IMG/VR virus record: IMGVR_UViG_3300043395_000996
Coordinates: 96,001 to 160,000 of that record
Strand: one strand, 5' to 3'
Length of the DNA: 64,000 nt
Source of the DNA: a virus
Part shown: positions 29,027-39,900 of the stretch, one piece after another
Position numbering within the stretch: the first letter of the stretch is position 1
Layout of the letters: every line of letters starts with the position of its first letter
Program-made: the position numbers and the translations under genes
Notes under the pieces: generated by a model
Database searches by the model: none
Seen by the model: the letters and a program-made list of their open reading frames with translations, nothing else
What the model was told of the DNA's origin: nothing

Positions 29027-29793
29027 TATTCTGAAATTTGTCTTATTTTTTGGTCCAATTTTAACAATCTCTCTTTTATTGTATAAATATGGTTATTTGT
29101 TCTTTTCCAAAAACTTTTGTTGTTTATTCCACTTTCATTCTTAATTTTACCATACCAATTAAGAAATCTTTCCATTTCTGAAAGTTGTTTGCTGATATTA
29201 GAGATACCTTTTCCAATTTTTGAAACTGCCGATGAATCTTCTTTTTTTAATTCTAACCAACGATTTTCTTTCACAACACTATATCCCGTCAAATCGGCTT
29301 GTCTTTTACCTTTAGTTTTTTCATCTTCGGGCTTTCCAAACGCAAATGGAGTATTGTACTCACCTGCTGCTCCCGATGTATTCATTTCATCTACTTTCAA
29401 TTCAGCATCTTTATATAAGCCAGAAACCGAATCATCTAATTCTTTTTCCAATTGCTTTTTAGCAGTACCCAATTTTTTTAATTGTTCTACATACTTCTTT
29501 TCATTTGGAGTTCCTTTTGCTTTTTTATATAAATCTAAATATTGTTGAATTCCATCGATTACTTTTGCCAAATCTTTTGATATAGTACGAACTGAACGAA
29601 GCTCTGCTAACACTTGCTCTTTAACATGGTCCGGTAATCCTTTATGAGAAGTCGATGCGAAATCTTTTGCATCTTTATCACTCATTGAATCTGCTGCTTT
29701 TTCAACTTCTTTTGATGGGTTTTCTAAATCACCCTTTTGTGCAGCGTGAACCATACCCATAAATCTTTGTTGTGCTTTACTTTGTGCTGGCAT
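29026..29793 (-). CDS. Hypothetical head-associated protein with N-terminal DUF3008-like domain
   Basis: MPAQSKAQQRFMGMVHAAQKG start; EYNTPFAFG motif. Confidence 0.55.
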   Translation of the reverse strand: MPAQSKAQQRFMGMVHAAQKGDLENPSKEVEKAADSMSDKDAKDFASTSHKGLPDHVKEQVLAELRSVRTISKDLAKVIDGIQQYLDLYKKAKGTPNEKKYVEQLKKLGTAKKQLEKELDDSVSGLYKDAELKVDEMNTSGAAGEYNTPFAFGKPEDEKTKGKRQADLTGYSVVKENRWLELKKEDSSAVSKIGKGISNISKQLSEMERFLNWYGKIKNESGINNKSFWKRTNNHIYTIKERLLKLDQKIRQISE

Positions 29794-30652
29794 TTTTCAA
29801 TTCTTTTAAAAGTTCATAAGTCATCATCATTGCTGATAAATGCTCTTCTTTAATTTTTTTAGCCGTTTTGATTTTCTTAATATTAGAAATGGTTTCTGCT
29901 AATTTAATTTTTGTAACTTTATCTGAAATTTTAGAGCCAACTTCTTTCAATGAATTAACTAATGTTGTTACTTCGTTTGAAACATATTCACTCAATTTGC
30001 CAGTATTATTGATATTATTGATATATTCTTTTAATAAGTTTTTCTGATTTACTGATAAATTAGAATATTTTTTATTAAAATTTTCTACTAATAATTTGTA
30101 AGATAACATTCTAACTTCATCATCTTGCTTTCTATATTCAACCAATACTCTATCGTTTATTTTCTTATCTTTATTTTCGATAGATGAATTAATCATATTT
30201 TCAACTATTGTAAATTTAGAATTAACAATATCTTTTGGTTCAAATGATTCGGTAGTAATTACTGCTTCAAATACTTTATATATTGATGCTAAATTTTTAT
30301 AATTTGAAATAGGAGATTTTACAAATTCATCTATATTATAAGCCTCTTTGATTTGCTTAATAAGGTTATATTTCTCTTTTGTAAGTTTTGATTCATCCAA
30401 TCTCTTACGAGCTTCACAAACAGTATCTACGAATTTTTCAGCTTTTGCTTCTGAATTGTATGTTTCGTTAATAAGATATTGATATAACTTCAATTCTTTT
30501 GAAAGCTCTTTCTTCGAATTAAAAAATTCTTTTAAAATTTTCTCTGCTTTTGAAGATTGTTTGCCAGACAACATTTCTGATGTAATTTGTCTTACAAGCA
30601 ATTCAAACAAAAATCCAGTGTTTTTAAATTTCGAGTGTTTAATATTTTTCAT
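29777..30652 (-). CDS. Conserved hypothetical prohead-associated protein
   Basis: KHSKFKNTGFLFELLVRQI; directly downstream of the portal. ATG at 30652. Confidence 0.55.
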   Translation of the reverse strand: MKNIKHSKFKNTGFLFELLVRQITSEMLSGKQSSKAEKILKEFFNSKKELSKELKLYQYLINETYNSEAKAEKFVDTVCEARKRLDESKLTKEKYNLIKQIKEAYNIDEFVKSPISNYKNLASIYKVFEAVITTESFEPKDIVNSKFTIVENMINSSIENKDKKINDRVLVEYRKQDDEVRMLSYKLLVENFNKKYSNLSVNQKNLLKEYINNINNTGKLSEYVSNEVTTLVNSLKEVGSKISDKVTKIKLAETISNIKKIKTAKKIKEEHLSAMMMTYELLKELKNASTK

Positions 30653-30675
30653 CAATTATATATATTTTTCTCTGA

Positions 30676-30684
30676 TATAAATAT
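30676..30684 (-). promoter_or_regulatory. Putative late promoter box ATATTTATA
   Basis: Exact 9-mer, 23 nt upstream of ATG 30652. Confidence 0.6.
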
Positions 30685-30701
30685 ACTTTTATTATAGTTT
30701 A

Positions 30702-32429
30702 TTACTCTTTACCAAAATCTTCCATTAAAATAGTAGTTTTATTACCATTCATATCTTTGAAAATTTCTCTTGCTTCTCTTTGAGCTTTTTGTTTTAAAGT
30801 TTTAATTCCCAATGGGTCTCTTCCCAAAATGTGGTCATCTTTTTCATATCTAACCGGGTCTTTTGGTCTACCAACTTCTCCTTCTAATTCTAATTTCAAT
30901 TTATTCAATTCTTCTTCAACATTTGTTGGTGCTTCAGTTCCCGTTTCTTTTGCCGGGTCAACACCTTGTGTTTCAATTGAAGTTAAACGGAATGCTTGTT
31001 TAGTATCTTCTATGATATCCAATGTTAATTCATCTTGCTCTTCAGGAGTCATATCCATAATTGCATCGTACATCCATTTTTTAGAGAACATTTTTGTTTG
31101 TTGCATTTGCTGAATTAATGCTACTTTAGAAGTGTATAATTCAACTTTTTCTTGCTCATAAATTTTAGATGGAACAGTTAATTCTAATGAAAAATCTAAA
31201 TCTTCTGCATTTTCTAAACCTTGTGAGTATAAGTGAACGATTGCAATCTTCGTTAATTCGGATACTAATACTTTTTGAATTCTTTCAATTGTTTTTGCAA
31301 AACGAACATCTTGTCCTGCCAAAGTGGCTTTACCACTTGTATCTTCCCCATATCCTAAAAATACTTTTGGAATTTTTAGAGCTGCCATCATTTTATTTTT
31401 CAAATAATTGATGTCATTACTCATATCATATTCTAAACCTTTTAATGTATCGATATTAGTGCCATTATCGCTACCACGAACTGGCATATAATAATCTTCG
31501 ATTAAGTTTTGAATATTGTATTTTAAATTATATTCTCCCGTATTTGGGTCTATAAATGGAACTTTTTTAGAAGTATTGATAATCTTTTGCATATAGTTAT
31601 CAACTTCATTAGGTGGAATGTTACCAACATCCACTTTAAAAATTCTCTTTTCAGGAGCTCTCATAATACGATGGATTAACATCGCATCTTCCATTAAAGT
31701 TAATTGTTTCCAAACTCTTCTTGCGCCTTCTACCATAGATTTACCATATGGTAAGAAGTTTGAATCACCCATCAATCTAAAGTGAGCGATTTCATAATTT
31801 TCATATTCTTGCTTTTGCCCCATCACATTACTTTGTGAGTATGCGCTGTTTGGATTTTGATATGGAGCATATACGAATTTAACTTTTTGTGGATTTAATG
31901 GGTCAAATCCTTCAACTCTCGATGTTTCATAAACTGAAAGTGGTTGGACATTTACAATACCCAATCCTTCTGCAATTTCTAAATGTAAAAAACAATCTCC
32001 GTATTTAACTAAATTTCTTGCCCAAGGCCAAAGTGTAAATTCAATGTTTAATACATCATAAAATAAATTCTTTAAAATTTCTTTAGTGTTTTCGTTTCCA
32101 CAATTGATTTTAAGAATATCACCATACTCATTTTTAACAGTAGATTCATCAGCGTAAATATCCAAAGCAGATGTTATAATAGGGTCGTTATCCATCCCAT
32201 CATAATCTCTAAACAAATCAATACGAACTTGCTGATATGCCATCGTTGATTCAATCAAACCACCACTATATTGTGGGGTTCTCATACGTGTGAATCTATC
32301 AACCAAATTTGTTGTAATTTGTTGATATTCATCCGTATCTACTACTTTAATGCCTTTTGGTGTTTTACGAACAATAGTGTTCGTTGAAAATAATTTTTGT
32401 AACCTACCAAAGAATGATTTATCTGCCAT
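30702..32429 (-). CDS. gp20: Portal protein (T4 gp20-like)
   Basis: LTLMEDAMLIHRIMRAPEKRIFKVDVGNIP and EDYYMPVRG...IDTLKG motifs. Confidence 0.96.
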   Translation of the reverse strand: MADKSFFGRLQKLFSTNTIVRKTPKGIKVVDTDEYQQITTNLVDRFTRMRTPQYSGGLIESTMAYQQVRIDLFRDYDGMDNDPIITSALDIYADESTVKNEYGDILKINCGNENTKEILKNLFYDVLNIEFTLWPWARNLVKYGDCFLHLEIAEGLGIVNVQPLSVYETSRVEGFDPLNPQKVKFVYAPYQNPNSAYSQSNVMGQKQEYENYEIAHFRLMGDSNFLPYGKSMVEGARRVWKQLTLMEDAMLIHRIMRAPEKRIFKVDVGNIPPNEVDNYMQKIINTSKKVPFIDPNTGEYNLKYNIQNLIEDYYMPVRGSDNGTNIDTLKGLEYDMSNDINYLKNKMMAALKIPKVFLGYGEDTSGKATLAGQDVRFAKTIERIQKVLVSELTKIAIVHLYSQGLENAEDLDFSLELTVPSKIYEQEKVELYTSKVALIQQMQQTKMFSKKWMYDAIMDMTPEEQDELTLDIIEDTKQAFRLTSIETQGVDPAKETGTEAPTNVEEELNKLKLELEGEVGRPKDPVRYEKDDHILGRDPLGIKTLKQKAQREAREIFKDMNGNKTTILMEDFGKE

Positions 32430-32449
32430 AATAATTTTTATATAATTTA

Positions 32450-32481
32450 CAAAGATAAGTAATTTATTCTAATTTTCCAAA
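32450..32481 (-). promoter_or_regulatory. Bacteroidota housekeeping-sigma promoter upstream of portal
   Basis: -33 TTTG (32478-32481), 20-nt spacer, -7 TATCTTTG (32450-32457). Confidence 0.75.
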
Positions 32482-32485
32482 TAAA

Positions 32486-33253
32486 TTACCACTTTCTACA
32501 ACTCCAATATCTTGCTTTCCATCTTGGACCTGGAGTATCACAATTATGTCTTGCTCTGAATGATTTTCTTCTTTCTGGGTTAGATTTTTTAATTCTCATA
32601 TTAGGGTCTCCAAAGTTTACCTTAACAACATTTCCTTTGTCATTCTTAACATATACTTTGAATTTTTTAACATCACCTTGCATTGGTTTTCCCAACTTAA
32701 CACTTCTACCCTGATATTCAGCTTCGTACACACAATCGCAACTAGCTTCTGCTAAATATTGAGTGTATTCTCTCATAAACTGAATGAATTCTTTCATATC
32801 CTCTCCGTTCTCAACATCATATTCAATCGGTTCGTTTTCTTCAGCTTCTTTGATTGGAACACAATTGGGTACTTCTTTACCATCTTTCTTTTTTGTACCA
32901 ACCATTTCGTATCCTTTCCAACAAGGATTATCCATTTCTTTTACAATATTTGATAATTTCATTTCTTTTTCATTTACATATGGAGAATTAACTGGCTCAT
33001 ATCCTCTATTTACTTTGTCCTTTTTTGGATTGTATGGTTCTACTTTACCAGGATTTCTATCTTTTTCTTCATCATCAAAATCCGTTGTATCCGTATCTGC
33101 AATATTTCCCATAAAATCGCCATACATTGAACCAGCATGGTGTGCATTAAAATCAGTTTCAGCTGGTGTATCATACTTACCTATCCCATCTAACGATTTT
33201 TGATTTGTTGTAGGAACTGCTTCCTTTAATGGTACTAAATCTACTAATTTCAT
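32486..33253 (-). CDS. Mosaic head-associated protein (PCWKGY...VPNCVP module + C-terminal RKSFRARHNC...YWSC module)
   Basis: Recurrent T4-like phage modules. Start moved to MKLVDL (33253), 19 nt below the 33273 box; track gives 33304. Confidence 0.6.
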   Translation of the reverse strand: MKLVDLVPLKEAVPTTNQKSLDGIGKYDTPAETDFNAHHAGSMYGDFMGNIADTDTTDFDDEEKDRNPGKVEPYNPKKDKVNRGYEPVNSPYVNEKEMKLSNIVKEMDNPCWKGYEMVGTKKKDGKEVPNCVPIKEAEENEPIEYDVENGEDMKEFIQFMREYTQYLAEASCDCVYEAEYQGRSVKLGKPMQGDVKKFKVYVKNDKGNVVKVNFGDPNMRIKKSNPERRKSFRARHNCDTPGPRWKARYWSCRKW

Positions 33254-33272
33254 AATTCTTATAGTTTCAACA

Positions 33273-33281
33273 TATAAATAT
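33273..33281 (-). promoter_or_regulatory. Putative late promoter box ATATTTATA
   Basis: Exact 9-mer between the terminase stop and ATG 33253. Confidence 0.6.
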
Positions 33282-33288
33282 ATAAAAA

Positions 33289-34896
33289 TTAACGAAGTAA
33301 CCAAGTTAGGTTTTCTTTTTCACCTCTACCTATTTCCATTTCATATGGATTTTGTTGTTGCCAGTTAGAAGTATATACTCCTTCATTGTTTTGAATAGTT
33401 GTAGAATTTAACATACTTCTTGTCAAATCGATACCTTCTTGTCTTAATCTCAATGCGGTGTTTCTTACCCACAATCCAATACCCAATGCCATTGTAAGGT
33501 CATCATTATATCCTTTCATAGCTTCTGCTCTACCACCATTCCAAATAAATGTAAATAATTCATCTATTAATCTATTAGAACGAATTAGAATGTCTTTATC
33601 TCTAAAATATGTATCCAATGCTGATATAATAAGAGGACGAGTTTTGGTTGTAGTCGAAAATCCTGCAACCATGCTTTTTTCTTGTCTATAATATTTGTTA
33701 GACATTTGTCTTTCAACATCCACATATTGTAAATCATTACTCATATAGAATAGATTAGGATATCCCCTATCAATTACTTGCTGAATACATGCCCAACCTA
33801 CGTTTGAGTTTTCAATTACCAATAATGCGTTATTATATTCGGTTGCCAATGATGTTAGAAAATTTCCAAAATCTTTTGTATCGATTTTACCTCTATATTC
33901 TCCAACCTGCGATGAATCTTCAATATCAATAATTTGAGCAGTGGAATAATCACTTCCATCGCCCCTCGCCACGTCGGCGGATATCATATATTGTCTATTG
34001 TAATTAGGATATTCCCATATCCATAAGTTATTATCAAATCCTCTCTTCTCTACCGGCTCCATAACGTATGTATCTTTATACCACGTTAATAATGCCGGGT
34101 CGATTACAGTAGCACCAGAACCAACGAAGTCACAATCACATTCTTGTGCGGCTCCCTTAACTCCCAAAATACGAGTTTGTTCATCTCTCCACGCTTGATT
34201 TCTTTCAGGGTGTACAGTCCAATGTAGATTGATACAATTGAATCCGTTTGTTCCACTTTCACCATCTACCCACATTTTATGAAACCAGTTACCAATACCA
34301 TTTGGTGTAGATAATACAATTGCCGAACCACCCGTTGATAAGGTAGATTGTGCTGATAACCAAATTTCATCGATATCTCTAATGAATGCCGCCTCATCCA
34401 CAACCAATAGAGATAGGGCTTCAGAACGACCTGCATCAGGTGAACTTGCGATTGCTTTTACTTGCGAACCATTTTTTAATTTAAGTGATAGTTTGTTATC
34501 TTCAGCTGCTGCCGTTGAACCATCTCTTAACCAAACGGGAAGTAAATCGTGCATAACCCTTACTTTCTCTACAAGGTTTTTTGCAACAGTTACTTTAGTT
34601 GCAATAACCAAAGCATTGAAGTCTTGGTTAAATAACATCTTCCAAAGTATAAAGCCCGCCGATAGGGTTGATAAACCTAACTGACGGGATTTAAGAATAA
34701 TGTTAAATCTATTATCTTTAAAATCATCTAAACAATTCTCCTGAAATGGATATAAGTGAAAAGGTATTTTTCCTCTCGTTGGATGCTGAATCACACAATA
34801 CTTTTTCATAAAGTATATTGGGTCTAAAGCACACTTCTTATACTCATCAGCGATGATTTCTTTTAAATTCTTTTTTGGTTGCCCTTGTATAGACAT
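33289..34896 (-). CDS. gp17: Terminase large subunit (T4 gp17-like)
   Basis: KSRQLGLST (Walker A), LLVVDEAAF (Walker B), STPNG, DVARGDG.DYS and NDDLTMA motifs. Start at MSIQ overlaps the upstream stop; track gives 34920. Confidence 0.96.
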   Translation of the reverse strand: MSIQGQPKKNLKEIIADEYKKCALDPIYFMKKYCVIQHPTRGKIPFHLYPFQENCLDDFKDNRFNIILKSRQLGLSTLSAGFILWKMLFNQDFNALVIATKVTVAKNLVEKVRVMHDLLPVWLRDGSTAAAEDNKLSLKLKNGSQVKAIASSPDAGRSEALSLLVVDEAAFIRDIDEIWLSAQSTLSTGGSAIVLSTPNGIGNWFHKMWVDGESGTNGFNCINLHWTVHPERNQAWRDEQTRILGVKGAAQECDCDFVGSGATVIDPALLTWYKDTYVMEPVEKRGFDNNLWIWEYPNYNRQYMISADVARGDGSDYSTAQIIDIEDSSQVGEYRGKIDTKDFGNFLTSLATEYNNALLVIENSNVGWACIQQVIDRGYPNLFYMSNDLQYVDVERQMSNKYYRQEKSMVAGFSTTTKTRPLIISALDTYFRDKDILIRSNRLIDELFTFIWNGGRAEAMKGYNDDLTMALGIGLWVRNTALRLRQEGIDLTRSMLNSTTIQNNEGVYTSNWQQQNPYEMEIGRGEKENLTWLLR

Positions 34897-35546
34897 TACT
34901 TTTTTAATTTGATTTTCCAATATACTCCACCTCTAATATATGGTGTTAGATACCCATTTGTACCATCGGTTGTTTTATTATTAACACCAATACCCAAATT
35001 GTATATTTTATTAGAGTTAGAATTTACCATTACACCAATGCCAATAAAATTTACATAATCGGCTTGATTAAATCCACCTTCAAATCCAGCATAAACTTTA
35101 CGTTTAAATGGTTCTGGTATTATGAGTGTATCTATTTTAGGTGTAATTTTGGTTGTATATTTTCTACCTATTATTTTATTTTTACTTATTGTATCAATGA
35201 TTGTAATTGAACCCTGTTGTTTATCAAATTTATAGGTGTTTGTAAATACATTCACATTATTCAAATATTGATTTATGATAGAATTTGTATCTACTTTTAT
35301 TTGAATCGTATCATGTACTGCGTATGGTATTGGTTTTTCGACTTCTACCGGTACTTCTACATCATAAGGCACTTCCACTTCAATTGTATCGTGAATTGGA
35401 TGTAAAGATTGACCATCAACTTTAACTATTTTTTCAATAGTTTTGTTTCTATTAGGCATTACACCAAATGGGTCAAAAGATACCAATGATAATATAATCA
35501 CTAATACAACAATGATAATATGTCTTATGTCAAATAGTTTCTTCAT
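34896..35546 (-). CDS. Membrane-anchored protein (N-terminal TM, C-terminal beta-rich region)
   Basis: HIIIVVLVIILSLVSF hydrophobic anchor; several DT(I/L) motifs; C-terminal GGVYWKI. Confidence 0.5.
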   Translation of the reverse strand: MKKLFDIRHIIIVVLVIILSLVSFDPFGVMPNRNKTIEKIVKVDGQSLHPIHDTIEVEVPYDVEVPVEVEKPIPYAVHDTIQIKVDTNSIINQYLNNVNVFTNTYKFDKQQGSITIIDTISKNKIIGRKYTTKITPKIDTLIIPEPFKRKVYAGFEGGFNQADYVNFIGIGVMVNSNSNKIYNLGIGVNNKTTDGTNGYLTPYIRGGVYWKIKLKK

Positions 35547-35956
35547 TACTTAATCAAAAATAATACGGTCATTACTAAAGCAATACCAGAACCAGCTTTA
35601 TAAACAGCGGTTTTAAATTTCTGAACTTTTAATTCTTTCAATAAACTATTAGATTTTTCTCTCTCCAACGCAAATTGTTGGTCTTTCTTATCTATAATAG
35701 TATTTAGGTTGTTGATTTTTTCATCTTTCAAAGTATCCTTTTGTTTATATAGGTTAATTTGTAGATTTTTTTCATCCAACGCTTTATACACTTCCTTTAA
35801 TTCAGCTTTTGCACCATCACCGCTAAGAATATCCTTAATGACTAACTTGGCCGTTGGTACTTTTAGAGGCACTATCGAGTCCGTTTTCGTAACGGTCTGC
35901 GAAAAACTTGATAAGGTCGTGAATAGTATAATCACTAACAGCATTAACTTTTTCAT
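35546..35956 (-). CDS. Secreted/membrane coiled-coil protein, possible outer spanin-like component
   Basis: Signal peptide MKKLMLLVIILFTTLSSFSQ, coiled coil and C-terminal hydrophobic tail; overlaps the upstream gene by 122 nt; no lipobox Cys. Confidence 0.45.
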   Translation of the reverse strand: MKKLMLLVIILFTTLSSFSQTVTKTDSIVPLKVPTAKLVIKDILSGDGAKAELKEVYKALDEKNLQINLYKQKDTLKDEKINNLNTIIDKKDQQFALEREKSNSLLKELKVQKFKTAVYKAGSGIALVMTVLFLIK

Positions 35957-36215
35957 TTGTATGTGTTTTTATTTCGGTTATATTTTTGTTGATTGTTGTA
36001 ATTCTAGTTTCTACTACGTTTATTTCTTCATCTACTTTTGCAATATGTCCATCAATTACTTTGTTTGCAGTTTCAACCGAATCTATTTCATGTTGTAAAG
36101 AATCAATTTTACGATTATATGCTTCAACATCAGTTTTGATGCCATTGTTGGTAAATAAATTATAACCAACTAAAACAATAAGAATTACTAATATAATATT
36201 CTTTATATATTTCAT
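35835..36215 (-). CDS. Inner-membrane-anchored coiled-coil protein, possible i-spanin
   Basis: N-terminal TM IILVILIVLVGY followed by a heptad coiled coil. Confidence 0.5.
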   Translation of the reverse strand: MKYIKNIILVILIVLVGYNLFTNNGIKTDVEAYNRKIDSLQHEIDSVETANKVIDGHIAKVDEEINVVETRITTINKNITEIKTHTNEKVNAVSDYTIHDLIKFFADRYENGLDSASKSTNGQVSH

Positions 36216-36221
36216 AATTTT

Positions 36222-36890
36222 TTAATTTTTTATAAGCTCTGGATGATTTAATTCTCGTAACTTATCTTCTAATGCTGCTTTCCTTTCCAATAGAGCTTCA
36301 ATTGCTTCGGTAGCACCATTTATATCTCTCTGAATATCTTCTCTTACTTTATCTATATCGATATCATGTGACCACGTTTCAGTTGAACCATCTTCATTTA
36401 TGATTTCAAATGTGGTCTTTACATTAACCAATGCTTCTTCAAATTTCATTTTCATATCCTTAACATAACTCAACTGATTACAACTTATTTTGTAATCTTC
36501 GTAGTAAGGAAATGTTCCATCATCTTTTAATGTAAATTCTAACTTTTGTAAACAACTTAAACACAATCCACTTTTTCTAATTGTTTTTTTATCTAAATGG
36601 TCGTATTTTATTGTTTTACAATCATCCGATGAACACGTATTCAACTTATCTAAATAAGCTCTTACCTCATCGAATTTAGATACATTTATTTTATACCCTT
36701 CTTTTTGCTCCCATTCTACACCTTCGGCATCAGTCCATCGTTCACCTACTTCTCTTTTCTTTTCAGCCTCTCCTTCAAATCCAAATACTTTTTGATTATT
36801 ATCTTCTCTGCCAAAAACAGTATCAATAATCAATTTACGGGATTTATGCATCCCTTTACTTTTCTCATCCCAACTTTTTCTCTTTGTCAT
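36222..36890 (-). CDS. Hypothetical protein with Cys pairs (possible Zn ribbon) and coiled coil
   Basis: C-x4-C (CSSDDC) and CLSC motifs. Confidence 0.5.
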   Translation of the reverse strand: MTKRKSWDEKSKGMHKSRKLIIDTVFGREDNNQKVFGFEGEAEKKREVGERWTDAEGVEWEQKEGYKINVSKFDEVRAYLDKLNTCSSDDCKTIKYDHLDKKTIRKSGLCLSCLQKLEFTLKDDGTFPYYEDYKISCNQLSYVKDMKMKFEEALVNVKTTFEIINEDGSTETWSHDIDIDKVREDIQRDINGATEAIEALLERKAALEDKLRELNHPELIKN

Positions 36891-36938
36891 ATCCGTTTAT
36901 TATAACTATTTGTTTATATATACATATATATATAAAAT

Positions 36939-39900
36939 TTATCTTCCAAACTTAAAAATTCCTAAAATTTGATTTAACGGAGCGAATGTGCCCGTTAATT
37001 TATAAGTATTTCCTTTATAAAAGAATACCAATCCTTCGTTTGGAACTAACTTATCAAATCCACCAATAGCATTTAATCTAGCTAATTCTTTTTCTAATCT
37101 TTTAATTTGAGATTCGCTACCACCACTTCTAATATCAGATATTGATGATTCTAATGATTTTCTAATAGATTGTAATGCTGAATCAGGTTGAGCAGTTAAT
37201 ACTGAACCCATAAATGATAATACTTCTGCACCTACTCCCAAAAAGATATCTTCAAATTTACGAAGATTTCCTTTCATAATTTTATCTTTTGCATCTTTAT
37301 CTACTCCTTCTGCCCATTTTCTAGCATCCTCATCTGCAATTGATTTAATCGTGAATGATTTATTGTCAAACGCCCATCTTCTTGCCAATCCTTCTTTTTC
37401 CAATTGTGCAAGATTCTTTTTAGATTTGTTTACAAAATTCATCCACCAAGCATAGTGATAATCAGCTACACCATCTTTATCACCTAAATTAAATTCAGAT
37501 TGTAATTTAGATAGCATACTATTAAATTTGCCTTTTTGAGAACTTAATTTCTCATCTTTTGGTAATTTAGTAATTGGTGGTCCCTGTATAGTATATTTTG
37601 ATTGAACATCCGCATTTACCTTTTTAATCATCGATGCCAATTTACTTTCTGCTCCTTTTACTCCACCAATTGCATTTCCTTTTTCATCATATTCTACAAC
37701 GTTGTGGAACACTAATAGATTTTGTCCATAAGGAATTACATTTGCATTTTCAGGGTAAATTACTTCTAAATTACAAAATGCCGAACCATCTTTGAATATA
37801 CTTTGTCTTTCCTTTTCACCCAATCCACTTATTGCAGAATATAAATCTTTCATTGCGAAATTATATGCATCAGCTAAAGCACCTCTACCATTGAATTTAT
37901 CTGCTAATGCTGCTGCATCTAATGCGTTTTCTCCACTATTTGCCAAATGTCCTTTGTTACGAGCCGCAATCAATCTACCATTTTTCCAACTTATTGCTAA
38001 TGCCTGTCCATCGGTTTTTTCTCTAACTACTCCTAAATTACCATCCAAAGCGTTGTTGATAATTTTTTTCAAATCACCAAATGTAAGATTCATTGAAATA
38101 TCAAACGGATGATTCATATGCCCATACGCCCCACCTTCCATTATCAATTCTTTTGATTGATTTACGGATTCATTTATAATTGAACCACCATTGGTAGTTA
38201 TGAAGTTTGCTATATCTGCTTCATTTTTTGCAACTACTACTCTCGGATACTTTTGTTTAAGTTTTTGTATGGTTTTTTCAGTATCCTCTTTATTTTCCAT
38301 ATCAAAATCCCAGCTTCCAACTTTAACATTTGTTTTCAAAAGCCAAGGTACAACTAAAATACTTTCAATTTTAATTTGATTTAAAACTACTTCGTTCCAA
38401 TCCGAATCGTAGTATAAACCATTTGAATTTAGGTATTTATCCTGAAACTCTTTTTTCTTACTCAACATATATCTATCGGCTGCATCAATGTATTTCTTAA
38501 TAAATTCAGCTTTTTCTTTATTTGTAGCTGGATTATCATACATATTTTTCTTCCAATCTTCTTTGTATGGTTTTAATTCGGGTGCAAAATTAAATACTAC
38601 ATCTTGCTCTCTTCCCAATCCCGAAATTATAGTACCAGGATTTACCCATCTCATTCCTTTTTTATCAGGCTCTGTCCATAAGTCCATTATACTTTGTGCT
38701 AATACAGTGCCTGATAATGCTACAATGATACCACCCTTTGTATGCATTCCTTTACCTTGAACAAGCTTTCCCCATTTAGTAGTTTTTGTAAAAGTAGAAA
38801 TAGATTTTTGTTTTCCTTGCAATGCATCTACTTGTGGTAAATGTTCAATATCAGTAGCATGTAATGAAGTTGTTCGTATTGGTTCAACTATTTTTTTAAT
38901 AATATTAAGTGAAAGGGGCAATTTACCCAACATACATTTATCATATGCGCTATCTTCCCATTTAACTTCATTTAAGGATTCTTTAAAAGCAGATGGAGTT
39001 TTTATCTTTCTCCAACCTCCTGTAAATCTGAATATTCTAGCAGGTATTGGAAGCGTTGAACCTATTGGAAACTTATGAAAATATTTACTATCAATGTGAA
39101 TTATCTTTGTTATAAATTGATTTGTTTTATTATCAGCACCTATTAATTCTACTTCTATTGGTACTACAACTCCGTTTATTTTAAGATTTCCAGCATATAA
39201 TTGACCCTTTGTAAATGCTTCGTTTGTAATTGTTTTAGAAGATGTTTGAAAATCACCTTTTCTCATTATAGTTTTGGCAATAACTTTATTAGCCATTTTT
39301 ACAAATGGAATATTGATATCACTTCTACTATCTTTTACTACAATTTGATTGTATTTATCTAATAGATTTAAAAATTCTTTTTTGTGTTTTGATGCCAATC
39401 TTTTAAAAAAGCCAGTTAATTCTGGTTCTGAAATATCTTTACCATTTCTAGCATCGTTTACTCTATCGAAAAAATGTTTACTAAATTCTATATCAGCGGG
39501 TGATAATTCTCTATCGGCATATCTCTCTACACTATCCAAATCAGCTTTAGCCATCTCTTCGGTTGTTCTGAATGTGGTTGCTTGCTTACCATTGATAGTT
39601 GGCATTCCGTGGTCATCTTTACCAATATCTTTAACTTGTACTTTTTTGTTTTTGAATTTACCCATCAAAACAACATCACCTTTATCAACATCTACATTAA
39701 CATCTTCGTAAATATGTGAGTTTAATTTACCAAAATCTCTTAAAAGAATTCCGGCTGCTGCATTTGCTTCGTTTTCTACATCTGAACCCGTAGCACCATC
39801 TTCTACTCCACCAATATATCCACTTTGTCTTTGTTTAAGATGAACTAATTCGTGTGCCAATGTTCTTAAAATATCGGGTAAACTTCTATTCGTAACATAT

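Noticed and set aside
33289-34896. Intein, intron or homing endonuclease in the terminase, portal or capsid genes
   Set aside because: The genes are of normal length with contiguous motifs.
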